In this document: piece after piece, positions 40,853 through 51,192 of the stretch
Position numbering within the stretch: position 1 is the first letter of the stretch
Layout: the number at the start of each line of letters is the position of its first letter
IMG/VR virus record: IMGVR_UViG_3300009183_000059
Span: 30,141-94,140 of that record
Length of the DNA: 64,000 bases
Direction: 5' to 3' (one strand)
Origin: a virus
Translations under genes and position numbers: made by a program
The notes under the pieces: generated by a model
The model's database searches: none
What the model saw: only the letters and a program-made list of their open reading frames with translations
Told to the model about the DNA's origin: nothing

Positions 40853-41260
40853 ATGGATGGATTAGTAATTTTTGGTGCCTCATTGGTTACCATTGTTGCA
40901 ACATCTCTAATTAAGACAGTAAGAATGTCAGCAAAGACAAAGAGCACATTAGCACTTGTAACTAGCGCAGTAGCAGGAATTGCTACAGCATGGATCCAAA
41001 GTGGTGCATCTTTATTCAGCGGAGATTCGCTTCAGTCTGCTATGCTAGTATTTGGTACTTCACAAGCTATTTATAACTTGGTTCTAAGAGGTACGCCTGC
41101 AGACGCTATTTTGGAAAAGTCATTTGGCGGTGGAAATAAGTCAGTTGCTCAAGCAACATCTATGGCTTCACTTCTATCAGATATTGCAAAGACAAATAAG
41201 CCAGCAGCAAAGAAAACTACAGCTAAGAAAGCAACTGTAAAAAAGACCTCAGACAAGTAG
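40853..41260 (+). CDS. Holin-like membrane protein with a Lys-rich tail
   Basis: Two to three hydrophobic segments and a C-terminal PAAKKTTAKKATVKK. Confidence 0.55.
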   Translation: MDGLVIFGASLVTIVATSLIKTVRMSAKTKSTLALVTSAVAGIATAWIQSGASLFSGDSLQSAMLVFGTSQAIYNLVLRGTPADAILEKSFGGGNKSVAQATSMASLLSDIAKTNKPAAKKTTAKKATVKKTSDK

Positions 41261-41268
41261 GTCTTAAT

Positions 41269-41454
41269 ATGAGATGCAAAAGATGCCTTGGTTCCGTGTT
41301 CTTAGACAGAGTATTCTCTCAAAAATTACACGTAGAACTTTTTTGCATCAGGTGTGGTAAAAGATGGATGTTAGATAAAGAGAGGAATGCATTAGGTAGA
41401 TGGCTAGACGCAAAGGAAAGACGCTATCTAAAAAAGTCAGGTATTTCTTCGTAA
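41269..41454 (+). CDS. Zinc-ribbon protein
   Basis: CKRC...CIRC. Confidence 0.7.
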   Translation: MRCKRCLGSVFLDRVFSQKLHVELFCIRCGKRWMLDKERNALGRWLDAKERRYLKKSGISS

Positions 41455-41918
41455 ACGAAATGCTGCATAAAACGCTGCATGTAAATCGTAGTAGTGATAT
41501 TGTAACAGCATGGTGTTATTCTCAAAAGAGAAGAACTGCCTACTCTTGGTCTGAGACTCAAAAGGGTATGGAAAAAGCCTATACAATCACAGAAGTAGCT
41601 AACATTCTAAATCGTCACAGAATGACGATAGATAAATATATTCGTGATGGAATAATTAGAACTCCAGAAAGAAGTTATAAGATTGATGGTAAGTTTGACT
41701 CTTACGGCAAATACTTCTTCTCTGAAAAAGAGGTTCTAGAGCTTCATGATTATTGCTCAACGGTCAGTGTAGGGAGACCACGCAAGGATGGGTTAGTAAA
41801 TTCATCTGGTCTCCCTACTAGATCTGAGGTTAGATCAATGTTAAAAGAAACATCAACATTATATATAAAGAATGACTCAGGGGAATTTATTCCAGTTTGG
41901 AAGGAAAACGTATGGTAA
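41400..41918 (+). CDS. HTH (MerR/excisionase-like) DNA-binding protein
   Basis: YTITEVANILNRHRMTIDKYIRDG. Confidence 0.75.
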   Translation: MARRKGKTLSKKVRYFFVNEMLHKTLHVNRSSDIVTAWCYSQKRRTAYSWSETQKGMEKAYTITEVANILNRHRMTIDKYIRDGIIRTPERSYKIDGKFDSYGKYFFSEKEVLELHDYCSTVSVGRPRKDGLVNSSGLPTRSEVRSMLKETSTLYIKNDSGEFIPVWKENVW

Positions 41919-42217
41919 TAAGGCGGAAGAAGCAACAGCAATATATACTTCCTCAAACTGAATTCAATATTGCAAAGAACAGTAGTCTATATTTAAAGAA
42001 CGCAGCCACAATGTTATCTAAAGCGGCATCTATTGCTGAGATAACTAATGATACAGATACACTTCTTCAGATAGCTGGAGCGTGGCTAGAAATTGGTAAG
42101 CAGGACAAAAGATTAAAAAAGAATAAGCGTAAGCCTCAATTATCCGTAGGCTTTACACCGCTCATAGAACGTGATATTATTGAAGAAGAAGAGGATGAGG
42201 ATGACGATTATGAGTGA
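41912..42217 (+). CDS. Hypothetical protein with acidic tail
   Basis: ORF in a coupled operon. Confidence 0.6.
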   Translation: MVIRRKKQQQYILPQTEFNIAKNSSLYLKNAATMLSKAASIAEITNDTDTLLQIAGAWLEIGKQDKRLKKNKRKPQLSVGFTPLIERDIIEEEEDEDDDYE

Positions 42218-42413
42218 AAACACAAAGGTAAAGGTAGATCTCCAGTACACACGTAACCTTGGCAACTATGAAAGCATTAAGGTAAGCATTGGGGTAGAAG
42301 ATTTTTTGCGGTCAGAAGAGAATGTAGATAAGGCTACAGAGCGTGTATACGCATTTGTAGAAGGAAAGCTAATTGAAAAAATGCAGGAGATTGAAAAGGA
42401 GCTTAAGTCTTAA
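42210..42413 (+). CDS. Hypothetical protein
   Basis: YTRNLGNYES.K motif. Confidence 0.65.
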   Translation: MSENTKVKVDLQYTRNLGNYESIKVSIGVEDFLRSEENVDKATERVYAFVEGKLIEKMQEIEKELKS

Positions 42414-42748
42414 TGGCCAAAGAAGAGGCGAGACAGCCATACATTCTCATCTCAATCTATGAGATGCTATATAAAGAAAAATATAATCGTACTCCAAAAA
42501 TTAATAAGTATCGTGAAAAATGGGCCATGCAAGATGTTATTGATAGTATAGGTTTTGATCGTGCTAGAAATGTTTTAGAGTATTACTTTAGGACAAATCG
42601 TCCAGGGCATCCACTGCAACATTTCTTCTTTAATTTTGACAAGCTCGACCATGTAATGATAGAATTGGATAAAGACAAGTTAGCTAGAGAAAAGCTAAGA
42701 ATGCAAACAAAACAGATGGTAGAAGAGAGAGAATCACTTGAACACTGA
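42413..42748 (+). CDS. Hypothetical protein upstream of helicase (possible loader)
   Basis: Translationally coupled to the helicase gene. Confidence 0.6.
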   Translation: MAKEEARQPYILISIYEMLYKEKYNRTPKINKYREKWAMQDVIDSIGFDRARNVLEYYFRTNRPGHPLQHFFFNFDKLDHVMIELDKDKLAREKLRMQTKQMVEERESLEH

Positions 42749-43997
42749 AGCGGCAGTAATTAGTGCAGTATGTAAGAATAAAGATATCTCTGTTCTCATG
42801 CAAGAGAATGTGGATGATCTTTTTCAGTCGCATAAAGATGTATGGGAAGGATTAAAATCTTACTACTCTAAGTTCAGGTCTGTTCCAGAAGCGGATGTTC
42901 TATCAGATAAATTTAGAGACTTTGATGTAATTGCTACTAATGCGGAAACTGGATATTACTTAGACCAACTAAAGAATGAATTCCTTTCTGGTAAAATTAG
43001 AAACTTATTATTAAATACAGGTTCATCACTTAAAGAAAATGCTGCTTCTCGTGTAATTGCGGATATGCAAAAAGAAATATCAAAGCTTGGTAAGTATGCA
43101 AATAATGTAAGAGACGTAGACTTAACAGATTACGAGAGTGCACAAAAGCATATTATGGCACTAAGAGAACGCTCAGATGCCATGGGTGGCTCCCCAGGTA
43201 TTGCTACAGGGTTTAAGGCTATGGATATTGCATACCCAACTGGTATGGCTCCTGGACACCTAATTGTTGCTATTGGTTGGCCAGGACGTGGTAAGACGTG
43301 GCTCACATCCTACCTTGCGTGTAAAGCTTGGGAACAAGGATTCAAGCCTATGATTGTATCTCTTGAGATGTCACCAGAAAATATGCGTGATCGTATTTAT
43401 ACCATGTTAGGCTCTGGACAATTTAGAGCAAGTGATTTTGCTCGTGGAGATGTAAACATTGACGATTTTGGAGCATGGGGTAAGAAAAGATTTGCGGATA
43501 AGCGTGGATTCATCCTTGTTTCAAATGAGGGAATGGCGGATGTAACTCCAGCAACAGTTCAGGCAAAGATTGATCAACACAAACCAGATTTAGTTATTCT
43601 TGATTATCACCAGCTATTTACTGATACAAAGCGAAGCAACGGTGCTACTGAGCGTAACATGAATATTTCTCGTGAGTTTAAGATGTTAGCCGTAAGTAAC
43701 AATATTCCAGTAATTGATATTACTGCAGCAACTATGGATGACGTATCAGATCAAGATGCGCCACCAATGCTATCTCAGGTTGCTTGGTCAAAGGCTATTG
43801 AGTATGATGCTGATATGGCTATCGCTATCCACAAGCATGCAGATACGGACCTTATTGAGGTAGTTTCTAGAAAGAATAGACACGGGAAAAACTTCTCATT
43901 CTATTTAAATTGGGACATTGACAGGGGTATAATTGAAGAAGTATACCAGAACGGAAGTCAGAATGACCCACAGAAAGATTCACCGATTTCAGGTTAA
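42738..43997 (+). CDS. dnaB: Replicative DnaB-like helicase
   Basis: Walker A GWPGRGKT, SLEM, LVILDY, IEYDAD and KNRHG. Confidence 0.92.
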   Translation: MNTEAAVISAVCKNKDISVLMQENVDDLFQSHKDVWEGLKSYYSKFRSVPEADVLSDKFRDFDVIATNAETGYYLDQLKNEFLSGKIRNLLLNTGSSLKENAASRVIADMQKEISKLGKYANNVRDVDLTDYESAQKHIMALRERSDAMGGSPGIATGFKAMDIAYPTGMAPGHLIVAIGWPGRGKTWLTSYLACKAWEQGFKPMIVSLEMSPENMRDRIYTMLGSGQFRASDFARGDVNIDDFGAWGKKRFADKRGFILVSNEGMADVTPATVQAKIDQHKPDLVILDYHQLFTDTKRSNGATERNMNISREFKMLAVSNNIPVIDITAATMDDVSDQDAPPMLSQVAWSKAIEYDADMAIAIHKHADTDLIEVVSRKNRHGKNFSFYLNWDIDRGIIEEVYQNGSQNDPQKDSPISG

Positions 43998-44292
43998 CGG
44001 CATCATACGTGATGACGCAGACTTCATACGACTAAGAAATCAATACGAGAATTTATTAACTCACCAGATGAGGATAACTGGATATGTCAAGGTACTTGAC
44101 ATAAACCCAGCCTTTTCGGTACAATTTAATACTATAGAGCAAAATTACGACTTTGTGTTTACAATGCATGGAGTCTTCGTAGGAAAGAGAAAAGCGTGGC
44201 ATTCAGAGGGAATGGTTCAGGGTCAATTGATTCACAGGTATACGCCCCATTACAAATCAGAGCTGTCCTCAGAGCGATCAATGTCGAAATAG
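43963..44292 (+). CDS. Hypothetical protein between helicase and primase
   Basis: ORF with M...GYV.VLDINP.F. Confidence 0.6.
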   Translation: MTHRKIHRFQVNGIIRDDADFIRLRNQYENLLTHQMRITGYVKVLDINPAFSVQFNTIEQNYDFVFTMHGVFVGKRKAWHSEGMVQGQLIHRYTPHYKSELSSERSMSK

Positions 44293-45197
44293 TCTCTCAA
44301 ACAGGTAACGACTTTCTTTGTCTTTGCCCATTTCACGGAAACAGAAACACACCAAGCTTTAGCGTAAGCAAAGAGCGTGGAGCATTTATATGTTTTAATC
44401 CTTCATGTGGTGAATCAGGAAGCATAATAGAATTAGTTAAGAAGATGACTGAAAGAAATGATTTTGAATCAATTCGTTTTATTTCATCTAAAGAAGATGA
44501 GATTAAAGAAGACTTTGAAGAAAGACTTTCAGATATTATGGTAGATTCAGAAGATCTAAAAGAGTTTGATATGTCAATTATTACAAAGCTCTCTTCTGAA
44601 ATGTCAGGAAGCAATGATGGAAGAGACTACATGCATATGCGTGGGTTTACTGACCAGACTATATTAGATTTTGATATTGGGTTTTCTTCAAACCAACAGA
44701 TGGTTACTGTTCCAGTGCATAGCGCTGATGGTAAATGTATTGGTATCGTAGGAAGACATATAACAGAAAAAAGATTCAAGAATTCACCAGGTTTACCAAA
44801 GAGCAAAACTGTATTTAATATACACAGAGCTAAAAAAGTAAGTCCAGTGGCTATAGTTACAGAAGCATCTTTTGATGCTATGAGATTACATCAGGCAGGA
44901 TTTCCAAACGGAGTCGCTACACTTGGTGGACATATCTCTAATGATAGTATTAGCCTTTTAAATAAGTATTTTACTAAGGTTATTATTATGACAGACAATG
45001 ATCAAGCAGGCAGAGAGCTTGGCTTGGCAATTGTAAAAAAGTTAAAGGGTAAAGAAGTCCTATGGGCTGTTTACGACAATAGCACAATATATCCGCATGG
45101 AGCAAAAGATGTTGGCGATATGACTGATGAGGAAATTAAACATTGTGTTAACAATGCTATACCTCATTACGAGTACTCCAATAATATGATACAATAG
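44196..45197 (+). CDS. dnaG: DNA primase (CHC2 zinc finger + Toprim)
   Basis: CPFH...PSF...C...C, TEASFDA, DNDQAG and KD motifs. Confidence 0.9.
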   Translation: MAFRGNGSGSIDSQVYAPLQIRAVLRAINVEIVSQTGNDFLCLCPFHGNRNTPSFSVSKERGAFICFNPSCGESGSIIELVKKMTERNDFESIRFISSKEDEIKEDFEERLSDIMVDSEDLKEFDMSIITKLSSEMSGSNDGRDYMHMRGFTDQTILDFDIGFSSNQQMVTVPVHSADGKCIGIVGRHITEKRFKNSPGLPKSKTVFNIHRAKKVSPVAIVTEASFDAMRLHQAGFPNGVATLGGHISNDSISLLNKYFTKVIIMTDNDQAGRELGLAIVKKLKGKEVLWAVYDNSTIYPHGAKDVGDMTDEEIKHCVNNAIPHYEYSNNMIQ

Positions 45198-45245
45198 AAG
45201 TAACGGGGCATTTATAGCCTCAACTATAAAAGGAGAATATATAAA

Positions 45246-45923
45246 ATGAGTATCGTTCGTGGTCTTAAGAATATGAATAAGACATTAGATAAACCAACTT
45301 ACAACAGCGGTGAAGGTTCAAAAGCTCGCTGGCTTAAGCTTGAAGATGGAGAAAGCATTAAGATTCGCTTTCTGCAAGAGTTAGATCCTGACTCACCAAC
45401 ATATGACGAAAAAATGGGCCTAGGTTTTATTGCACTAGAGCATACTAATCCAAAGGATTATCGTCGCAAGGCACTAGACACTATGGAATCAGACGGCAGA
45501 GACTGGGCTAATGAACAGCACCGTAAGGACCCTAAAGCAGGCTGGAAGGCCCGTAGCCGCCTTTACATCAACGTTCTAGTAGATGACGGCAAGGAAGAGC
45601 CATACGTAGCTATCCTTTCTCAAGGCACAAGCGCAAAGACAGTTACTCCAACTCTTATTGAGTATGCTGGAGAAATGGGAAGTATCTCAAACTGCACTTG
45701 GCGAATTAAACGCACAGGTACAAAAACAGATACAAGTTACACAATCATCCCACTTGCAAAGGATGAGCAACCATTTGATACATCAGCACTAGAACTAATT
45801 GATCTTGAAAAAAGCGCAGTGCGCTATGTTCCTTATGCAGAGCAAGAAGCATTTTACCTATACGGTGACGGCGGAGCTGCAGAAGAATCAGTAGAAACAA
45901 CCACATCTAATTTAGAGTGGTAA
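45246..45923 (+). CDS. Single-stranded DNA-binding protein (gp32-like)
   Basis: WLKLEDGES.KIRFL and IKR.G...DTSY, an acidic tail ending LEW, and position between primase and polymerase. Confidence 0.7.
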   Translation: MSIVRGLKNMNKTLDKPTYNSGEGSKARWLKLEDGESIKIRFLQELDPDSPTYDEKMGLGFIALEHTNPKDYRRKALDTMESDGRDWANEQHRKDPKAGWKARSRLYINVLVDDGKEEPYVAILSQGTSAKTVTPTLIEYAGEMGSISNCTWRIKRTGTKTDTSYTIIPLAKDEQPFDTSALELIDLEKSAVRYVPYAEQEAFYLYGDGGAAEESVETTTSNLEW

Positions 45924-45933
45924 ATAATTAATC

Positions 45934-45959
45934 TATAGGGGGGCGAAAGCCCCCCTATA
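45934..45959 (+). terminator. Strong hairpin between ssb and dnaE (no U-tract)
   Basis: TATAGGGGGGC-GAAA-GCCCCCCTATA. Confidence 0.6.
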
Positions 45960-45973
45960 AGTAATGGAGAATA

Positions 45974-48900
45974 ATGACAGACTTTACACATCTTCACGTT
46001 CATAGCTATTATAGCCTTATGGATGGGTTGAATTCGCCTGCAGAATTAATGCAGGCAGCAAAAGATCTTGGACATACATCTATTGCCATTACTGACCACG
46101 GAACTTTATCTTCTCACAGAGAAATGCAAATTGCGGCGGAGGAACAAGGATTAAAGCCTATCTTAGGTTTAGAAGCATACATATCACCTACAGACAGGTT
46201 TGATAAGTCGTCTAAGACAGATAAGAGTGTTCAGGCTTATAACCACATCATCTTGCTAGCAAAAAATGAAAATGGATTAAAGAATTTAAATAGGCTTTCA
46301 GAGATTGCGTGGACTGAAGGATATTATCATAAGCCTAGAATTGACAGAGAAATTTTGGCTGAATATAAAGAAGGAATCATTGCACTGTCTGGATGCATGA
46401 ATGGTCTTATCTCAAAAGCAATTATTCGTGAAGAGTATGACGAAGCAAAGGCACTTGCTAAATGGTTTAAAGATACATTTGGTAATGACTTCTATATGGA
46501 AGTACAGCCACATAACCCACAAGATCTTAATAAAAAGCTTCTAGAGCTTGCAGATGCTTATGGCATTAAGCCTATTGCAACAGCAGACTGTCACTATGCT
46601 AAGGCAGAAGATCGTGCAACAGAAGAGGCTATGCTTATTCTTTCAACATCACCAAAGATTAATAAAGATGCAGACTTTGAGGCATCACGAAAGATGACAA
46701 ACATTTTTGAAAGATTAAATTACCTATACCCAGAAAGAAAAATATCTTTTCAGGATATCAATGTTTATGTTTCTTCAAGAGAAGAGATGCAAAAAGATTT
46801 TGTTGAGCAGGGGTTTACTAGAACTGATATCTATCACAACACTTTAGAGGTTTCAGATAAGATTGGCTCATATGAATTTAGAAGAGGCTTAGACTTACTA
46901 CCAGTACCAAAGACAAATGCTGACAACAAGCTAAAAGAGTTGGCATTAAATAGTCTTAAGGAGAAGGGACTAAATAAAGAGTCTCACGGAAATGATGAGT
47001 ATGAGCTTAGACTAGATGAAGAATTACAAATCATCAAGGATAAAAGTTTTGCTTCGTACTTCTTGGTTGTTTCCGATATGATTAACTTTGCAAAGAACAA
47101 AGATATCATGGTTGGTCCAGGACGTGGATCTGCTGCTGGCTCATTAGTATGCTACCTACTTGGCATTACTACTGTAGATCCAGTAAAATTTGATTTGTTG
47201 TTCTTCCGTTTTATCAATCCAGAGCGTAATGACTTTCCTGATATTGATACAGACTTTGAGGATCGACGTAGAAAAGAAGTTAAAGAGTATTTGAGAAAGA
47301 AGTTTAAGCACGTAGCTTCTATCTCAACGTTTACATATTTCAAGGATAAAGGAGTCGTAAGAGATGCTGCTCGTGTATTTGGAGTACCACTATCTGAAGT
47401 TAATAAAGCGCTTAAGCAAGTTGACACGTTCGAAGAGTTCGAAACAAGCCCAAACGCATTCTGGTTCAGAGAAAGATATCCAGAGGTAACTGAACTAGCA
47501 AGAAGTCTTCGTGGCAAGATACGAAGTGTTGGTATGCATGCTGCTGGGATGGTAGTTGCAAAAGACGAACTTGTAAAGTTTGCACCAATTGAAACTAGAT
47601 CTGATAAGGATGATGACGTCAGCGGACGAATACCTGTTGTTGCATACGATATGGATACTGTTGCAGACATTGGTCTTATTAAGATCGACGCACTTGGATT
47701 AAAAACATTATCAGTTATATCTGACACACTAAAGATGATTAGTGACAGGCATGGAAAGCATATTGATTTAGAGTCACTAGACCTAACTGATCCAAAAATA
47801 TTTGAAGATCTATCAAAAGGATTTACAAAAGGTATCTTCCAGGCAGAAGCAACACCATACACAAACCTTCTAATAAAGATGGGTGTTAGTACCTTTGAAG
47901 ACTTGGCTGCTTCAAATGCTTTGGTTCGTCCAGGAGCAATGAATACTGTAGGTCATGCATACATAGCCCGTAAAAAAGGACAGGAAGATATTGTTTATCA
48001 GCACGAAATAATGAGACAGTTTACGGAGAGAACTTATGGCGTTATTATTTACCAGGAACAAGTTATGCAAGCATGCGTACACCTTGGCGGTATGTCCATG
48101 TCGGAAGCAGATAAAGTTAGAAAGATCATTGGAAAGAAAAAGGATGCTAAAGAGTTTGATGAGTTTAAGGAAAGGTTCGTTGAAGGTGCTTCAAAGCATA
48201 TTCCAGTCAAAACTGCTGAAGAGCTTTGGCATGACTTCGAAGCACACTCTGGATATTCCTTTAATCGCTCTCATGCTATTGCTTACTCTCTTCTCAGTTA
48301 TTGGACTGCTTGGTTAAAACACTACTATCCTACAGAGTTTATGTTTGCAATTCTTAGAAACGAGCATGATAAAGATGCACGTACTGAGTACCTTATTGAG
48401 GCAAAGAGACTTGGAATCAAGATTCTACTTCCTCACGTAAATGAATCAGATTTAGATTTTAAGATTCAAAAAGATGCAATTAGATTTGGTCTTTCAAATA
48501 TTAAGTTTATATCTGATAATATTGGTAAGAAGTTGATGGAAGCTGGTCCATTTAAATCCTATAAAGATTTAGAAGATAAAGCTTCTGTTAAAGGTAGTGG
48601 AATTAATTCAAGAGCTTTAGCAGCACTAAACTCAATTGGAGCAGCAGCTTTTGAAGATAATCCACGAACTGGTAAAGAGTCAGAGAACCTATATGAGTAT
48701 CTAAGTATTCCAAAGTTTGATCTTGGAAGAGTGTCTCCACACATTAAGGCACAGGTCACAGCACTTGAAGACTTTGAAGAGCGTGGAACATTCGTTATGC
48801 TTGCTATGGTTAAGGGAATCAAGAAGGGCAACGGATGGTCCAGAATCGAAATGGTAGACGAGACTGGAACTATTGGAGTATTCCATACGGAGCAAACACA

Positions 48901-49258
48901 AATTGAAGTAGGTAACATGTACTTCTTCTTGGTCGGAGACAATAGAATCCATAGATATGTTACAATAGATGATGTAGCAAATAGGGTTAATGATACATTC
49001 GTAACATTCCTACACTCAGAAAGTTTAAATATACCAGATGGAATGAAGATGAGCGTAAGCCTTCTCCCATACAGAACAAAGCAGGGGAAGTCTATGGGCC
49101 ATTTAATTATGTCTAATAGTTCTAAAGAACTTACTCGTGCAATTGTATTTCCACAATCGTATGATAAATTAAAATCAAGAATCAAAGATGGAATGATATA
49201 CATTCCAGAAATCGGCCAAACAGACGATGGCACTTATTCGCTAAGGAGCGTAAAATGA
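45974..49258 (+). CDS. dnaE: DNA polymerase III alpha subunit
   Basis: PHP motifs HLHVHS, TDHG and DCHY; GPGRGSAAGSL, PDIDTD, HAAG and YSFNRSHA. No intein evident. Confidence 0.97.
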   Translation: MTDFTHLHVHSYYSLMDGLNSPAELMQAAKDLGHTSIAITDHGTLSSHREMQIAAEEQGLKPILGLEAYISPTDRFDKSSKTDKSVQAYNHIILLAKNENGLKNLNRLSEIAWTEGYYHKPRIDREILAEYKEGIIALSGCMNGLISKAIIREEYDEAKALAKWFKDTFGNDFYMEVQPHNPQDLNKKLLELADAYGIKPIATADCHYAKAEDRATEEAMLILSTSPKINKDADFEASRKMTNIFERLNYLYPERKISFQDINVYVSSREEMQKDFVEQGFTRTDIYHNTLEVSDKIGSYEFRRGLDLLPVPKTNADNKLKELALNSLKEKGLNKESHGNDEYELRLDEELQIIKDKSFASYFLVVSDMINFAKNKDIMVGPGRGSAAGSLVCYLLGITTVDPVKFDLLFFRFINPERNDFPDIDTDFEDRRRKEVKEYLRKKFKHVASISTFTYFKDKGVVRDAARVFGVPLSEVNKALKQVDTFEEFETSPNAFWFRERYPEVTELARSLRGKIRSVGMHAAGMVVAKDELVKFAPIETRSDKDDDVSGRIPVVAYDMDTVADIGLIKIDALGLKTLSVISDTLKMISDRHGKHIDLESLDLTDPKIFEDLSKGFTKGIFQAEATPYTNLLIKMGVSTFEDLAASNALVRPGAMNTVGHAYIARKKGQEDIVYQHEIMRQFTERTYGVIIYQEQVMQACVHLGGMSMSEADKVRKIIGKKKDAKEFDEFKERFVEGASKHIPVKTAEELWHDFEAHSGYSFNRSHAIAYSLLSYWTAWLKHYYPTEFMFAILRNEHDKDARTEYLIEAKRLGIKILLPHVNESDLDFKIQKDAIRFGLSNIKFISDNIGKKLMEAGPFKSYKDLEDKASVKGSGINSRALAALNSIGAAAFEDNPRTGKESENLYEYLSIPKFDLGRVSPHIKAQVTALEDFEERGTFVMLAMVKGIKKGNGWSRIEMVDETGTIGVFHTEQTQIEVGNMYFFLVGDNRIHRYVTIDDVANRVNDTFVTFLHSESLNIPDGMKMSVSLLPYRTKQGKSMGHLIMSNSSKELTRAIVFPQSYDKLKSRIKDGMIYIPEIGQTDDGTYSLRSVK

Positions 49259-49515
49259 ACGAAGATATGAAAAACGAATCACCAGAATCAGAAAATGAGC
49301 TTATTGCTCCATTTGAAGGTAAGCTAGACATTAGCCATGTTGTTTCAGTTATTATGGATCACATTGGCGGAATTGTAAGAATTCCAGCAGAAAAATTTAC
49401 TAGCTCTATGACAGTAGATAGAAAGCTAATTATAGAATACGATAATGAATCTAGAGACTTTATTATTACAATTGAGCAAGGTCTAGTTGGCAAAGAGGAG
49501 ATTGAAGTTGAGTAA
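49255..49515 (+). CDS. Hypothetical protein
   Basis: Coupled ORF. Confidence 0.6.
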   Translation: MNEDMKNESPESENELIAPFEGKLDISHVVSVIMDHIGGIVRIPAEKFTSSMTVDRKLIIEYDNESRDFIITIEQGLVGKEEIEVE

Positions 49516-49849
49516 TTTAGTAACAGACTACGGCCTAGACGCCTTTGCAGCAACCTTGCACGAGAGTGCAATTGAGAAGGGGTTTTGGGACGGAGAGGTC
49601 ACATACGATAAGCTTGGAAACAAGTTGGCGTTAGTTCATTCAGAGGTAACAGAAGTTCTGGAAGCATTACGCAAGTCAAAGGGTAGCGAAGAAATCGTAG
49701 AAGAAATCTCTGATGTTATTATTAGACTTTTAGATGTCTATGCAGCAATGAGAAATACTGGAATGGTAGATCATTCATTAGACGACATACTTCACAAGAA
49801 GATCAATAAAAATTTATCTAGACCAAAGCTTCATGGGAATCTTTTCTAG
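49508..49849 (+). CDS. MazG-like NTP pyrophosphohydrolase
   Basis: LALVHSEVTEVLEALRK...EEISDVIIR.LD and K...N..RP..HG. Confidence 0.85.
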   Translation: MSNLVTDYGLDAFAATLHESAIEKGFWDGEVTYDKLGNKLALVHSEVTEVLEALRKSKGSEEIVEEISDVIIRLLDVYAAMRNTGMVDHSLDDILHKKINKNLSRPKLHGNLF

Positions 49850-50134
49850 ATGACACTTGGCGGTTACTTCCTATATGGTAGCGAGGGAGAACTACTGCTA
49901 GTTATTAAAAGCGACAATGAAGATCTTTTATTAACTATTATTAAAAAGCTACAAGCTTCAAGAGATAAAGATATTAAAAAACTAGGATCAGAATTAGAGG
50001 AAAACTTTCATGACAGAGATATCAGAAATTCTAGCAAAGCTAGACCCCAAAACAAGACAAAGAGTGCAAGCCGCAGTAGAAGTGGAAACAATAAAGCAAA
50101 AGACACCAAGCATAGGACTAAACCTAGCACTTAA
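49850..50134 (+). CDS. Hypothetical protein overlapping recA
   Basis: ORF; the last ~40 codons overlap recA. Confidence 0.5.
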   Translation: MTLGGYFLYGSEGELLLVIKSDNEDLLLTIIKKLQASRDKDIKKLGSELEENFHDRDIRNSSKARPQNKTKSASRSRSGNNKAKDTKHRTKPST

Positions 50135-51011
50135 AGGTGGCTTTGGCCATGGAAGACAAATTTTAGTATGGGGGAATAAGTCTGCTGGAAAGTCCTCATT
50201 CTGTTTGCAGATGATTGCAGAAGCACAAAAAGAAGGAAAGACCTGTGCTTGGATTGACGCAGAGCATTCTTATTCTCAGGAGTGGGCAGAAAAGCTAGGA
50301 GTTAATTCAGATGAGTTAATCTACTCACCAGCAAAAACTATTAATGATATGGTTGATGTTGCACAGCAGTTGATGGAAGCTGGAGTTGATATTATTGTTG
50401 TAGACTCTATCTCAGCACTACTGCCAGCAATTTACTTTGAAAAAGATAGCAATGATTTAAAGAAACTAGAAGACACCAAGCAGATTGGTGCAGAAGCAAA
50501 GGATATGACACATGCCGTCAAAATGCTTAACTACGCAAACAAGAACACACTACTTGTACTCATTTCGCAACAACGAAATCAATTTGGATCTATGCATGCT
50601 AGCCACATCCCAACGGGAGGAATGGCAGTTAAGTTTTTCTCATCCACAGTTGTCAAACTTTGGTCTTCGGAAGCTGAAGCTAATGCTATCAAATCTGGCA
50701 TTACGGTTGGTGACAAAATTATTGAGCAGAGAGTTGGAAGACCCGTTAACTGGATTATTGATTACAACAAACTCGGCCCCCCTAATCTATCGGGACAATA
50801 CGACTTCTATTATCAAGGAGAGCACGTAGGAATAGATGAAGTAGGAGAAGTTTTAGACGTTGCTGAGCAACACGGCGCTGTTGAAAAAGGCGGAGCATGG
50901 TATACTATAGGTAAAGAAAGATTTCAGGGTAGAGCAAAGACTGTTCAGTATCTTAGAGAAAATCCTGACGTAGTAGAAAGCCTGAAGGCAAAAATTTATG
51001 GGCAAGATTGA
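50010..51011 (+). CDS. recA: RecA-like recombinase
   Basis: GNKSAGKS, WIDAEH, VVDSI, TGGMAVKF and KGGAWY motifs. Confidence 0.93.
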   Translation: MTEISEILAKLDPKTRQRVQAAVEVETIKQKTPSIGLNLALKGGFGHGRQILVWGNKSAGKSSFCLQMIAEAQKEGKTCAWIDAEHSYSQEWAEKLGVNSDELIYSPAKTINDMVDVAQQLMEAGVDIIVVDSISALLPAIYFEKDSNDLKKLEDTKQIGAEAKDMTHAVKMLNYANKNTLLVLISQQRNQFGSMHASHIPTGGMAVKFFSSTVVKLWSSEAEANAIKSGITVGDKIIEQRVGRPVNWIIDYNKLGPPNLSGQYDFYYQGEHVGIDEVGEVLDVAEQHGAVEKGGAWYTIGKERFQGRAKTVQYLRENPDVVESLKAKIYGQD

Positions 51012-51192
51012 AGATCTAATAGGCAAGAAGCCTAAGCCAACCGTAGTATCAAAAGATAAAATAGAAATGGGTGGTGCATTTAGTTGCCAAACATGTAATA
51101 AAGTTGTATCAGAAGCAGAGTATAACCGTCAGGAGTACTTTGTTTTTTGGACCTGCCCAGATGGACATATATCAAAGGTTAGCCTAGGATAA
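50998..51192 (+). CDS. Small zinc-binding protein
   Basis: CQTC...CPDGH. Confidence 0.65.
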   Translation: MGKIEDLIGKKPKPTVVSKDKIEMGGAFSCQTCNKVVSEAEYNRQEYFVFWTCPDGHISKVSLG

